Below are positions 20,227-30,396 of a stretch of 64,000 nt of DNA, piece by piece. This DNA is from Andalucia godoyi And28 (taxonomy: Eukaryota; Protista; Jakobida). Numbering within the stretch: position 1 is the first letter of the stretch; the number at the start of each line of letters is the position of its first letter. Both the position numbers and the translations under genes were made by a program. The notes beneath the pieces were generated by a model. The model ran no database searches and had not been told where the DNA came from. It worked only from the letters and a program-made list of their open reading frames with translations. Location: assembly GCA_009859145.1 (NCBI GenBank), contig VRVR01000008.1, positions 359,957 to 423,956 of the forward strand, written 5' to 3'.

Positions 20227-20775
20227 ATGAAGCGTCGATCGTCTTCCAGCAACAACAGCGGCAACAACTCCAGCAACATTGATGATCTTCCCGAAACTGG
20301 AGCAGATCGAATTGAGCGAGTGACCTCGGCCGAGAAGCTGATTTTCATCCTTTCTGCTCTTCTTGTGTCGTCGATTCCGCTGTATGTGTACCAAAAAATT
20401 TTCTTCGTTCCGCTTGAAACGTTCGCGCTGCTGTTCCTTGCAGTGACCCTTGTTTCCACTTTTTTGCTGTACACATCGTACAACATGCATGCGGCAGCCA
20501 AGGTGGATGCTGTTGGCGGCCAGATCCGCACTTTGGTGCAGGAGGGGAAGGCATCATTGGACGGCATCGAAGGATTCGTCTCTGCATCGCGTGTCAGACT
20601 GGAGGCTACTCTCTTTTCGCTTTTCGCCTTGAACTCTCTCTTTGTCGTTTCGTACATGTTTGTCGGATTCTATGCTCTGGCTCGCGCAAACGAGGCAGTC
20701 AACTACGCAGTCGCTGTACCCGCCGCTGCATTAGTCACGTTTGCATTTGCATACGATGCACGCTCTAGAGCATGA
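20227..20775 (+). CDS. SSR3: Translocon-associated protein gamma (TRAP-gamma)
   Basis: Four TM segments with SSIPLYVY, TLVSTFLL..SY, EATLFSLF..NSLF and VNY, collinear with SSR3. Confidence 0.8.
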   Translation: MKRRSSSSNNSGNNSSNIDDLPETGADRIERVTSAEKLIFILSALLVSSIPLYVYQKIFFVPLETFALLFLAVTLVSTFLLYTSYNMHAAAKVDAVGGQIRTLVQEGKASLDGIEGFVSASRVRLEATLFSLFALNSLFVVSYMFVGFYALARANEAVNYAVAVPAAALVTFAFAYDARSRA

Positions 20776-21225
20776 TGGGTCTCAACACTCGATGCAATCG
20801 CTTGGGCTCGTCCAGACGTCGGCCCTCCTGCACGTGCATTATCAATCTGGTGACGACGGCAAGGATTGGAGCGATGATGATTGATGACTGATGGCTGATG
20901 ATTGATGATGATGGATAAAACGGAGGATCTGATTGAAAATGTACCAGTATGGTGTTAAATTGTCGATACGGGGGGTAGTCGCTGCCATGGAAACGTTGGT
21001 TTCGTGATGCACAGTGTCGGTTTGCATGTAATACAAGAAGAAAGAACAACGTATTATTTTGCTTTTCTCCCCCCCATTTTTTAATAATTTGTTTGTTATT
21101 AAAACAAAACAATAATCTGCTCTTAATTCACTAATTGGTGGACGCGAGCCGCAATGTCCATGTGTGGACGGCAGAGATGCATTCAAGGAAAAACATGAGC
21201 AAACATCAACGGAGCGCTCTCGCCG

Positions 21226-24200
21226 CTATTCTTGAGCATCAAGTAACTGCAAGATCACGCATTGCTCTTCAAACTCTTCATCAACTTCTCGTAGGCGTCC
21301 CAGTGTTCGCAAGAACCGCGTGTGTGTCACGTTCAGATCCGCATGGGTCGTTTCGGCATCCTTCTTGTACAACGCCGCCGCCAGCCGCAACTTCTTGATA
21401 CTCTCGTTGAGGTCCGTTACAAGTGGACGAAGTTTCTGTGAAACAAGAGTAGAGCACTGGTCAAACCATTCCGCCGCCGCCAGGCCTTTCGGATGCTCGA
21501 TGCTCTGCGCACCATCCGGCAGCATGGAAACCAGCTCATTGAAAAACATGACATACGCCGTTTCTTGAATCTGCGCAGGATCGTGCTCTTTTCGCATTTT
21601 GTCTGCGACATCCAGGCTGTTACTGATCGCCGCCTTGACAATAGCTTCGAAGGACGATCTGATATCGTCTCCGGTTGCAGCCATGGTCTGTGAAAAGAAC
21701 AGCTCAAGCGTTTTCACATGATTAGGTAGACTGACCGTGGACAATTCGTCCAATTTTGCTGACTGCGATTGCACCTGCGGAGCAAGCGACTGGAGGTGTC
21801 CCGTGACTTCCTTGGACAGGGAAGAAATCGCAGCGATGCACTCTGCTCGCAGTACCTCAAGGTCAGCGTCGACGTGAACGGGTTGTGGCACATCGACAGC
21901 GGCGAATCCCTTGCGGATAACTTCTGATTCCTCCGCAATCAAATCGCGAACAGAGGAGAGTAGGCGGTCGAACGACGACTGCGTTTCCTTCTCCATGCGG
22001 ACAACATCGGCTTTCACTTCTTCCAATGATTGCGCTGTCGTGGAATGCTGCAGACGAAGCGTCTCCGACAGGACTTTGAACAGCCCTTCCTTGGAGTCCG
22101 TGAGCCTTCGTAAACCCGAAAGATCGAATGCGTCTCGAACACTGCCAATACTCTGATGCAACTCTGCCAGCGTGGAGGACACTGTTGTGATGCCGTCCTT
22201 CGTTGCACCACTCAGAGAGGCCAATTCTCTACGCACAGACTCGTGCATCCTCCCTTCGATCTCCGCAAGAAGCGTCGATATTTCCGCCAACGAAATGTCT
22301 TCGCGATGAAGCAATTGATGCAGAGGATGAATTTCCTTCACAAGATTTGTCGTCTGCTCGGCAATGCGATTGGAAACAGACTGCACGGCATCCAGCAAGC
22401 ATTGCTTCTCGCTGCTGAATGATGCAGACCAAGAAGCCTCCGTGGAACTTAAAGTTCCTCGGACGTCGCTTCGAACCTCTTCTAAAACCTGCATGAAGTC
22501 AACCATTTCCGTCTTGAACATAGCCGCCAAGTCACGAATCTCGGCTCGAATGTCGCCTATTGCGAACGCCGTTCCCGAACCCTCGCTATGAACAGAAGTG
22601 TCAGCAACACACGTCTCCTTATCGACTACCATGGCCACGGACAGGTCGGACAGCTTTTCATTCAGAACATCTCGGAGTTCATGATTTGAGACCCCACGAT
22701 GTTCCGCCCACGACCGCTCCAGCGATCTCAGCTGCTGCGCCAGTCTCTCTCGATCTAACAACAAGTCCGATTGAATCTTACTCGTGACGGCTGGCAATCC
22801 GTCCTCGATCGCCTTGCTAGAGGTCAATGCAGACTCGTGTATGAGCTTGGACACCGTTTCCAAGATCTCATCGTTGCGTTTCGACAAGGAGTGTCTTGTC
22901 AGATTCAAGGCATCCAGGATGGCTGCGTGCTGCGTGGAACATGTCGAAGCTTGCACGGCAATGGCCTCCTTCATGTCGGACAAAAGATCCGGAACAGCAA
23001 CAAGCTGAGAAATGTTCTCTGCGACCACATGCAAATCCGCATGGAGGGCTGCCGTGTCAGAGCCTTGTTTCTCAGCAATCGTCTTGAGATGCGCCATATG
23101 GTCTTGGAAAACGGTTGCGAGCCCCCTTTCAACACTTGCAGACAGAGTTTTCTGCGCAGACTCTACTGAATCCGACATCTCCAATTTCAGCATCTCACCC
23201 AGCGTTGAAACGCACTGTTTGGCCGATTCCTCCCATGCACTCGAACCAAAGTTTGCATTCCTGGTCAGGTCAGCACTGAGGGAATGAGAAGCGGTCTCCA
23301 CGCTCCGCTGCGCCTGCGCCACTGCATTGGCAATCTCGACCTTGACAGCGGCATCTGATGCAGAGAGATCGTCTCGAATGCACTCCGCAGATTTTCCAAT
23401 CCACTGTTTCACTTCATCCATCGCAACCATGAAATCGGTCTTGAGTGCGGCATGCGAAGCTGCGAAGGCCGTTTGCAGAGTGTCGAGAGACGCATCCCAA
23501 TCGCGTCTCATACCATCCGAAGCCACTTGCATACCTTCTAACTTGGCAATGACCGTCTCCGTCTTTTCAGCAATGGCATTTCGATTCTCAATCACCGCAG
23601 ACGTGAAATCGTGCGCTTGATCTCGGGCAGCCCCCGTAGAGTCAGCAATGCTCTTCTGCACAACACTGGACAAGACTTCTGCCGAGTGGTGTTGTGCGTC
23701 TGTTAGCGCAGTCAGCTTTTGATGCAGCAGTTCCATCAACGCATTCTGGTTCTTCGTGTTCGCATCCACGATCAAATCGGAAGAACGGGAAACAGCAGAT
23801 AGTTCCGTCCGAAGAAGCTCAGCAGACGACAGTGAATCGCGTTTGACCTCCTGGAGAGACTTCGAGAAATCGTGCGCTGCAACGTCAACAGAAGCAGTGA
23901 TGTGCTCGCGCACCGCATCCCCTGACGCACTGATTGCCTGTTTCAAGCACTCCACCGAAGAATGAAGATTCTCGATGATGGAAACAACTGCCCGCGCATC
24001 AGATTCCGCGCTTTGCTTTGATCGACTATCTGAGCCACTGACCTCCAAACGCAGGGTCGACAGATCCTGTCGCAGTGCTGCCACATCTTCCTGGCAACAA
24101 AGATCGGCCAATTTCTCGAAAATGTCATTGCGAAGCTCCTTTCCGTGACTTTCCACATCCTGCAGTATTGCTTTGATTTCCACTATGCCATCGGAGACCA

Positions 24201-27200
24201 GCGATGTGGACTTTGCCTCTTGCACTGCCGCCAGCAGACGGCCCTCAATTTCAGAAAACGTACCAGACGAAACGGAAACTGCGTTGGAAAGGTGCATGAC
24301 CTCCGCAGACACCTTTTCCGTCATTTCGCTGACTGAGCTTCGAAATTCTGAAAACACCGTTCTCAACCGCATCATGTCGTCGTCGACGCTGAGCTGCGTC
24401 TGCAGACTTCGTGCTGACATCCCTATCAGCTCTGTAATCTGCAGCTGAAGTTTGTCAGCAGACGCCTCAAGAGCCTGAACATCTGATTTTTCTGCAACAG
24501 AGGCCGACGACCGCTCCATCAAAGTGTTCACCTGCAACGCAACCTCGCGAAGCGAAGTCTCGAAAGCAGCGAATTGTGACAGTTGGGCGCTGGATTTCAA
24601 GTAGTGATTTTTGAATTCCTCTGCATCCATAGCTTGCTGCTTTGCTAGACCGCGAATCTGGTCGCTAATATCGTTCTGACACACGCCATCAATAACGGAG
24701 GCGATCTTCAAGAGGTCATTTAGACGGTCGCTCAATGCTGCAAAAGCATTTTCCCAGCGAATATCCACCGGCGAATCGCGCTCTTGAACAGCGTGCGCAA
24801 TAGTTGTACAGTGCTCCTCATGCGATTTCCGAAGGCCCTCAAGATCAACGGTTACCGTTTCTGCGAGCGATTTGAAGGAACTCTGTAGGGCACCACTGTC
24901 CTCCAGCAGTCTCGACGTATTCTCTGCGATCACGGACTCCAAAGCATCCATCCTCAAAACCGTAGCGTCGACAGTCATCCGAATCGCAGCGGCCTCGTCT
25001 CCACCGATGGAGGGCTCAGCCTGTGTCGTTTTGCAGTCAATAGACTTTGCTACATCCAGATTCTCAACCATCCGCTCCATCAAAGAATCAAGACGGCTTG
25101 AAACACTGGACGTTGTTGTCGACAGAGAAGCCGATAGGGAATCCATCAAACGGTTTTCCTGGTTCGAGAGTCGCACAAGAATTTCGCTGGTCTTTTCTCC
25201 AACACAATTGGACAGCGCGTCCACAACTGTTTGTTGAGATGCTGAAACAAGCTGCAAGGTCTTTTGTACCTCCAAAATCGAATCCTGCACGACGCGGACG
25301 TCCCCGGAAGACGCATGCACCAACTGAGCAAGTTCGCTGGAAAGACTTTCTGTTTCGTGCTGGACACGCCGTCTTGACTCCGCGCCGGATTCCTGAATCA
25401 GCGGGCACAGTCGATCTTCAAGTCCCCGAACCGACTGCTCAACCGCAGATCGCAGTTCTTCGCTTGCTGCTCGAGCTTGGGCAACCGTCATCGCGCTATC
25501 CATCTTGCTTCCGAGCACGTCGATAACATTTCGACTTTCCTTCTCAACCAGGTTGTTGCAACGTTCCTGCATAAGCACAACATGCAGACGAACTTGATTC
25601 CAGTGCTCGGAACTGCGGTCGCTGACTAGGTCAATGCGCGGTACCAGAGACTTTTCCATGGATTCGAGCGCGCTCTTCCATTCCGAAGCGCTCGATTTGA
25701 GGAACTCGGTCATTTCTGACCGTGATTCCCGCATTTCCTTCACAACACTTTGATTGACATCTAAAAGCGCGCCGTTGCTCGTCTTCAACGCGCTGTAGTC
25801 GCTGCGCAATTCAGACACGACTCGATTCATTTCAGCAAACCTGCTGGCCAAATCCCTTGACAATTCATCGACAATCGCGGCCTGCAACCTCTCAAATGAC
25901 GATTCCATCAACGAAAGTCTCTTGTCCTGGGACCCAAAGCCTTCGCCAAAAGATCGGTTCACCAACTCTGCAATCGAGCTCTGTTGCGCAGACAGATGTG
26001 AGCTGTGCGAGCTATGCGAGCTGATGATTCTTTCGGTGGCGCTCGTAATCGCGTCCACGGTTTTTTCTGTGAACTCCCGGTACTTGTCTGCATGTCCACC
26101 GACCAACGAGAACACTTCCTCCATCTTTGGTCGGATATTCGTGTTGAGAATGTCTGACACATTGCGACAAACCTGCGTTTGGACTGCTTGGACGCACTCC
26201 TGGACTTGGGCGTACAGTCGTTGACGACAGTCGTCCGCAAGTCTGCTCATGCGTGTCTCGCAGTCGTCAGATGTCTTCTCGTGCAGCGCCGCCGATTTGC
26301 CGAGGATGTCGTCCCGAGCAGAAGCAACGGCGGACTGCAAGTCTTCCCTGGTAAGCCGATTCACGATCGACCAGTGTTCTGCGAGTTTGCAAGAGGCGGT
26401 GTCGGCTATGCTGGACATTTCACTAGACAGGAGAGCACGCATATTTTCAAGAGCAGTCTCAATCTGCACCGTCCACTGTTCGCTCGCTTGCGCAGATGCC
26501 TGGGCAGCGGCCAATGCATGATTTGCGTTCGACTTTTGCACAGAATCCGTTATTTTTGATTCGGAGGTGCCGACAACTTTGGCAACGGTCGAAGCGACGG
26601 ACTCGAGGTTTGCAGCTGCCGCAAGAGACATCTTCTCCTCCAAAGCCCCAAGAACAGATGCCGTGTTTGTCTGAATTATGCTCGGCAGTCCCTGCGTAGC
26701 TGAAAACACATCATCCACGTTCTGGCCAATTACATCGAAGCGGTTCTCCACAGTTCGACTCAGTTCTGCAAGTTCCACGTTTAGCTTTTCGATGGTTTCT
26801 GCCAGCTTATCCGAAGTAGTCGTGCGAGACGCACTGAGTATGGACTGGATTTGCGACATTGAATCGTTCAAAGAGGCAAAACCTGCAGAGAAGCGATCGA
26901 CATCCAGTTTGGTTCCAATGCTGCGAAGCTCTTGATTCAAATTGTCGTAGTTTTGCGAGGAAATCTCTTGGAACATGTCAAACGAGCGGGACAAGCCGTC
27001 CAGCTTCAGTTCCGTGTCTTCGGAAAATTTGACTTGAAAATCCTGAATGGAAGACACTGCGGGACGCAACTCACTCAAAATGGACGAAGAAATGGACTGC
27101 ACCAGCTGTTGTGACACACCCGGGGACAATGCATATTGCATTGCGCTTTCCGCGGAAATAGCCAACAGGCCGCGATTCATTGCCGCGCAAACCTTTTTGG

Positions 27201-28908
27201 CATCCAGCTGACTGTGCTCATCGCAAACATCCTCTTTCGAGATACCGCACGTGTCCAACATCTGATTCATCACATCCTGCAGTTCCATTTTGGACTTCAG
27301 AACATCCTTGAGCAGCGCATAAGTTGTGCGGTAATTCGATTCCAGGTCGTCGAAATAGTCGCAAAACCGCTGCAGCTCGCCCTTCATCAGCACAACTTGA
27401 TTTTCATCCAGCTCAAATTGCGTGGGGGCATCGAATGCGTCCGCATGAGCACCGGTTGTTTGAGGGGCGCTAATGGTCCACACCCTGAGTACCTTCTCCG
27501 AAGTACCCACCCAAATGCGATATCGCGAGTCCATTGTCACTGCAATCTGACGAATGGACCCACTGTGACCCTTGAGAGATTCGACAAAATCGCCTGATCG
27601 AGAGTCCCACACGTAAAGAACCCGGTCTTGGCCACCAGAGATCACAAACGGACCAAGCGAACAAAGAGAACTCACAGGAGAGTTTCGCTGCGTATTCAGG
27701 TGCTTCAAGCAGGTGAATGTTTCCAAGTCCCACATAGAAATTGCTCCGTCAAAGGAGGCAGCCCACAGTCGCTTTCCGCCTTGCGTGACACACAAAGCCT
27801 CCACGGAATCTTTGTGGGTCTGTAGTTCCTTCACTACAGTTCCAGTGTGGATGTCCCACACACGAATGGTGCGATCCGCAGAGCCGGATATGACGACGTC
27901 TTTTTCAGGAACAAAGGTCATTGTGTGCACTGTTCCTGAATGGGAATTGAGGGTCCGCAGCACTTCCCCATTGCGGCATGTAACCACCTTGATTGCCCAG
28001 TCATCGGAACACGTCCAAGCAGTTTCCTTGCCAACAAACACAATTCCATTAACAGCTTTTGAGTGAATCTTGAAGAACTTGTGACCTTTGATGCCACCAT
28101 GCTCGTTGATGGAGTACACGCCAACAATGCCCGAGGAAAATCCGCACCACAGTCGATCTGAAGCCTCGGAGTACGCAAGAGCAGTCACCGTTTCCATCCG
28201 GCGTTCCGCGTCCTCGAACAGCCGCAGCTGCTGCAGGCGCTCGCCGGTTTGTAGAGAGTAGACGCAGCAAATCCCGTTTCTTCCGCCAGCAAACACAAAC
28301 CTTGATGAGTGTGCCAAACACGACGTGCCATTCTCCATCGCTGGCACGTCCTCAGCTGATGCAGACAAGAGCTCAACGCGTGAGAGCTCTGTCTTTTTCG
28401 CCTTTTTCGCAGAGCTGTGGACAGGGGACATGACGGGCTGGACGGACGTCGAGATCAGCCTTTGGTACACTGAAGGAGACTCCAAGGGTAATTCAAATGT
28501 CGAGTCCATCGGATCAAAAATCTTCACTCCAGCGCCATACGCCACGTCTTTCTTCTCGCCAAAAAGCTGTCTTCTTGATGTAAAGTACGAGTTAAAGAAA
28601 TCCATGAAGTCCTCGCGAAGCACCACGGACTGAAGCCGCTCGTCCAACACCGCTCGCTGCGTCGCATGAATCCGTTTCTGCGTCGATCTCGCCTCGGACT
28701 CCTTCAGGTTTGCGCGAATCCGATCCACTGACTCCGTGACATCATCGCCCAGATGCTCGCTTGTGGACTGCCGGCTGCGATAAGGCGTCGTGGACGAACT
28801 AGGGTTTGCAGCAGACCCAGTCGACGTCCTTGGTGTTCTACTTGGCGACAGTGTTCGCGTACCAGACCGCGATGCCACCACCGGCCGTTCGTCATTTGCT
28901 TCTGCCAT
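21226..28908 (-). CDS. Giant protein with an N-terminal WD40 propeller and about 2000 aa of amphipathic helical/coiled-coil sequence
   Basis: WD40 repeats (HSGTVHTM...SGSADRTIRVWD, HKDSVEAL...SFDGAISMWD, GHSGSIRQ) in the first ~480 aa, then an Ala/Ser/Leu/Glu-rich helical region; 2560 aa uninterrupted. Confidence 0.85.
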   Translation of the reverse strand: MAEANDERPVVASRSGTRTLSPSRTPRTSTGSAANPSSSTTPYRSRQSTSEHLGDDVTESVDRIRANLKESEARSTQKRIHATQRAVLDERLQSVVLREDFMDFFNSYFTSRRQLFGEKKDVAYGAGVKIFDPMDSTFELPLESPSVYQRLISTSVQPVMSPVHSSAKKAKKTELSRVELLSASAEDVPAMENGTSCLAHSSRFVFAGGRNGICCVYSLQTGERLQQLRLFEDAERRMETVTALAYSEASDRLWCGFSSGIVGVYSINEHGGIKGHKFFKIHSKAVNGIVFVGKETAWTCSDDWAIKVVTCRNGEVLRTLNSHSGTVHTMTFVPEKDVVISGSADRTIRVWDIHTGTVVKELQTHKDSVEALCVTQGGKRLWAASFDGAISMWDLETFTCLKHLNTQRNSPVSSLCSLGPFVISGGQDRVLYVWDSRSGDFVESLKGHSGSIRQIAVTMDSRYRIWVGTSEKVLRVWTISAPQTTGAHADAFDAPTQFELDENQVVLMKGELQRFCDYFDDLESNYRTTYALLKDVLKSKMELQDVMNQMLDTCGISKEDVCDEHSQLDAKKVCAAMNRGLLAISAESAMQYALSPGVSQQLVQSISSSILSELRPAVSSIQDFQVKFSEDTELKLDGLSRSFDMFQEISSQNYDNLNQELRSIGTKLDVDRFSAGFASLNDSMSQIQSILSASRTTTSDKLAETIEKLNVELAELSRTVENRFDVIGQNVDDVFSATQGLPSIIQTNTASVLGALEEKMSLAAAANLESVASTVAKVVGTSESKITDSVQKSNANHALAAAQASAQASEQWTVQIETALENMRALLSSEMSSIADTASCKLAEHWSIVNRLTREDLQSAVASARDDILGKSAALHEKTSDDCETRMSRLADDCRQRLYAQVQECVQAVQTQVCRNVSDILNTNIRPKMEEVFSLVGGHADKYREFTEKTVDAITSATERIISSHSSHSSHLSAQQSSIAELVNRSFGEGFGSQDKRLSLMESSFERLQAAIVDELSRDLASRFAEMNRVVSELRSDYSALKTSNGALLDVNQSVVKEMRESRSEMTEFLKSSASEWKSALESMEKSLVPRIDLVSDRSSEHWNQVRLHVVLMQERCNNLVEKESRNVIDVLGSKMDSAMTVAQARAASEELRSAVEQSVRGLEDRLCPLIQESGAESRRRVQHETESLSSELAQLVHASSGDVRVVQDSILEVQKTLQLVSASQQTVVDALSNCVGEKTSEILVRLSNQENRLMDSLSASLSTTTSSVSSRLDSLMERMVENLDVAKSIDCKTTQAEPSIGGDEAAAIRMTVDATVLRMDALESVIAENTSRLLEDSGALQSSFKSLAETVTVDLEGLRKSHEEHCTTIAHAVQERDSPVDIRWENAFAALSDRLNDLLKIASVIDGVCQNDISDQIRGLAKQQAMDAEEFKNHYLKSSAQLSQFAAFETSLREVALQVNTLMERSSASVAEKSDVQALEASADKLQLQITELIGMSARSLQTQLSVDDDMMRLRTVFSEFRSSVSEMTEKVSAEVMHLSNAVSVSSGTFSEIEGRLLAAVQEAKSTSLVSDGIVEIKAILQDVESHGKELRNDIFEKLADLCCQEDVAALRQDLSTLRLEVSGSDSRSKQSAESDARAVVSIIENLHSSVECLKQAISASGDAVREHITASVDVAAHDFSKSLQEVKRDSLSSAELLRTELSAVSRSSDLIVDANTKNQNALMELLHQKLTALTDAQHHSAEVLSSVVQKSIADSTGAARDQAHDFTSAVIENRNAIAEKTETVIAKLEGMQVASDGMRRDWDASLDTLQTAFAASHAALKTDFMVAMDEVKQWIGKSAECIRDDLSASDAAVKVEIANAVAQAQRSVETASHSLSADLTRNANFGSSAWEESAKQCVSTLGEMLKLEMSDSVESAQKTLSASVERGLATVFQDHMAHLKTIAEKQGSDTAALHADLHVVAENISQLVAVPDLLSDMKEAIAVQASTCSTQHAAILDALNLTRHSLSKRNDEILETVSKLIHESALTSSKAIEDGLPAVTSKIQSDLLLDRERLAQQLRSLERSWAEHRGVSNHELRDVLNEKLSDLSVAMVVDKETCVADTSVHSEGSGTAFAIGDIRAEIRDLAAMFKTEMVDFMQVLEEVRSDVRGTLSSTEASWSASFSSEKQCLLDAVQSVSNRIAEQTTNLVKEIHPLHQLLHREDISLAEISTLLAEIEGRMHESVRRELASLSGATKDGITTVSSTLAELHQSIGSVRDAFDLSGLRRLTDSKEGLFKVLSETLRLQHSTTAQSLEEVKADVVRMEKETQSSFDRLLSSVRDLIAEESEVIRKGFAAVDVPQPVHVDADLEVLRAECIAAISSLSKEVTGHLQSLAPQVQSQSAKLDELSTVSLPNHVKTLELFFSQTMAATGDDIRSSFEAIVKAAISNSLDVADKMRKEHDPAQIQETAYVMFFNELVSMLPDGAQSIEHPKGLAAAEWFDQCSTLVSQKLRPLVTDLNESIKKLRLAAALYKKDAETTHADLNVTHTRFLRTLGRLREVDEEFEEQCVILQLLDAQE

Positions 28909-29911
28909 ACTCGAGTCTTTCTCCTTTCTTTCTTTCTTTTTTTTCTTTTTTTCTTTCTTTTTTCGTTCTTCTCCTTCAAATCTAGTATGTCCGAAGGCTT
29001 CAGTACACCGGACGGACTGTGTGATAAATAAGCTGGGTTAAAGAGTAGGTCTCGCGTTCTAGCAAGACGCTCTTCTGGCGACAAGAAAGCCCTTTATCTC
29101 GCTTTCTTTAAGACCGCTAAACTTCCCCACTTGAGGTCGTTAACGTCTATGAGCACTCACATGAAAAGTATCCATACGCAGACGCGGTCGATGCTGGCCG
29201 ACTCCAGCTCGTTTGTTTCACAGGGAATTCGTGCTTACGCACGCTCGGCCAGAATTCAGCCTGCGACACAGGCTCCGCATTTTCGACACTCTTTAACGCA
29301 GCATCCGTAGCCATCAATTCTATCATTCGTTGGTTTGGTTTTTTGGTTTTACTTTTTAATTCAAATATGGGCGCGAGTGCGCTGGGACGACGCATTCGCC
29401 TACGCCTGCGCCGCTCGATACAGGGCCTCCTAGGTCCCGCAGACCTCCTAAGAGGCCACGTGTCACTACGCCTGCTGCTAGGGCCGTCAGAATCAAAAAA
29501 ATGCACCCTTCTCAGGAACAACGTGTCACGCTGAGAAAGTGGCTCACCGGTTGATCGAGATTGGGAACGGAGCGCGGAACATTTATCTGAAGAACGCCGA
29601 GAGGCGTGTTGGGGCCTGTCCCCTTCCCGGCAACGGGATGCAAGACTGAGTATGCATGTCCATTCGTAGATATGCAGCATGTTCAGTGTATAATGTAGAC
29701 AAAACATTCACCCTAGCAGAGACGTGTACGTAAGTATGTGAATATAATCGCAATCACAATCACAGCAATAAAGGTAATGGTAAAGTACATTTGTCTTGAT
29801 CGTGAAAAATAGACTCGCGGGTGCCCTCGGATGCATCCACAGCGCGAACACCTAGGAGGGGGAACCAACAAGAACAAAGTAAAACGAACTAGTGGAAGAA
29901 GACGAATTGGA

Positions 29912-30115
29912 TTACAGATTCTTTTCACGAGCCTCGACTCGTAGCAGCCGAGCTTGGCGCTCCATCTCGCGCTCGGCTCTTCGTTCGGCTTCTTTTCGCG
30001 TGACGATCGAGTAAAATCCTGTTTTGATCATGAACGCCTCCATGGCTGCCCCGAGCACAAACGCAGCAGGCGCGACTTTGCTTACTGCGCGCACAAACTG
30101 CCGATCAAAAATCAT
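29912..30115 (-). CDS. SMIM4/UQCC5-like (UPF0640) small mitochondrial membrane protein, 67 aa
   Basis: MIFDRQF...PAAFVLGAAMEAFMIKTGFYSIVTRKEAERR matches the recalled family signature P..FVLG..ME..MIK..FY....K..ER. ATG at 30115. Confidence 0.75.
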   Translation of the reverse strand: MIFDRQFVRAVSKVAPAAFVLGAAMEAFMIKTGFYSIVTRKEAERRAEREMERQARLLRVEAREKNL

Positions 30116-30396
30116 TCTGCTATAGCACGTCTGGCAATGTCCCGGTCTCTTCTTCTGGCTGTCTTCTATGGAACAGGGAATGCAAAGACCCATGCCAACG
30201 CTCTCCCGTTTCATAGACACACGAGGATGGCCTTCTGTGACTACGGCGACTACGGTGGATCGCGCTGGATGACTCCTGGGAAATGCTTCTTTGGCTGTTT
30301 TTGGCTTTTGCTTTTCTCTTCATGTGCCGAAGATACTTGTAGTCATCACTATACAGACAGACACAGATAGACACAGACAGACACACAAAGAGAAAA

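Noticed and set aside
29029-29127. RNase P-like motifs on the minus strand (GGGAAGTTTAG ... AACCCAGCTTAT)
   Set aside because: Only about 80 nt apart, and the two halves do not form the P4 helix.
29375-29670. Homeodomain-like fragments (HPSQEQRVTLRKWL; LSEERREA..GLS) and short repeats (CTACGCCTGC x2, ACGTGTCAC x2) in a 1-kb spacer
   Set aside because: The fragments are in different frames and lack the WFxN recognition helix; too weak to call. The spacer remains unexplained.
29713-29790. Short hydrophobic ORF MYFTITFIAVIVIAIIFTYLRTRLC
   Set aside because: It falls in the probable 3' UTR of the SMIM4-like gene; AT-rich sequence readily yields such peptides.
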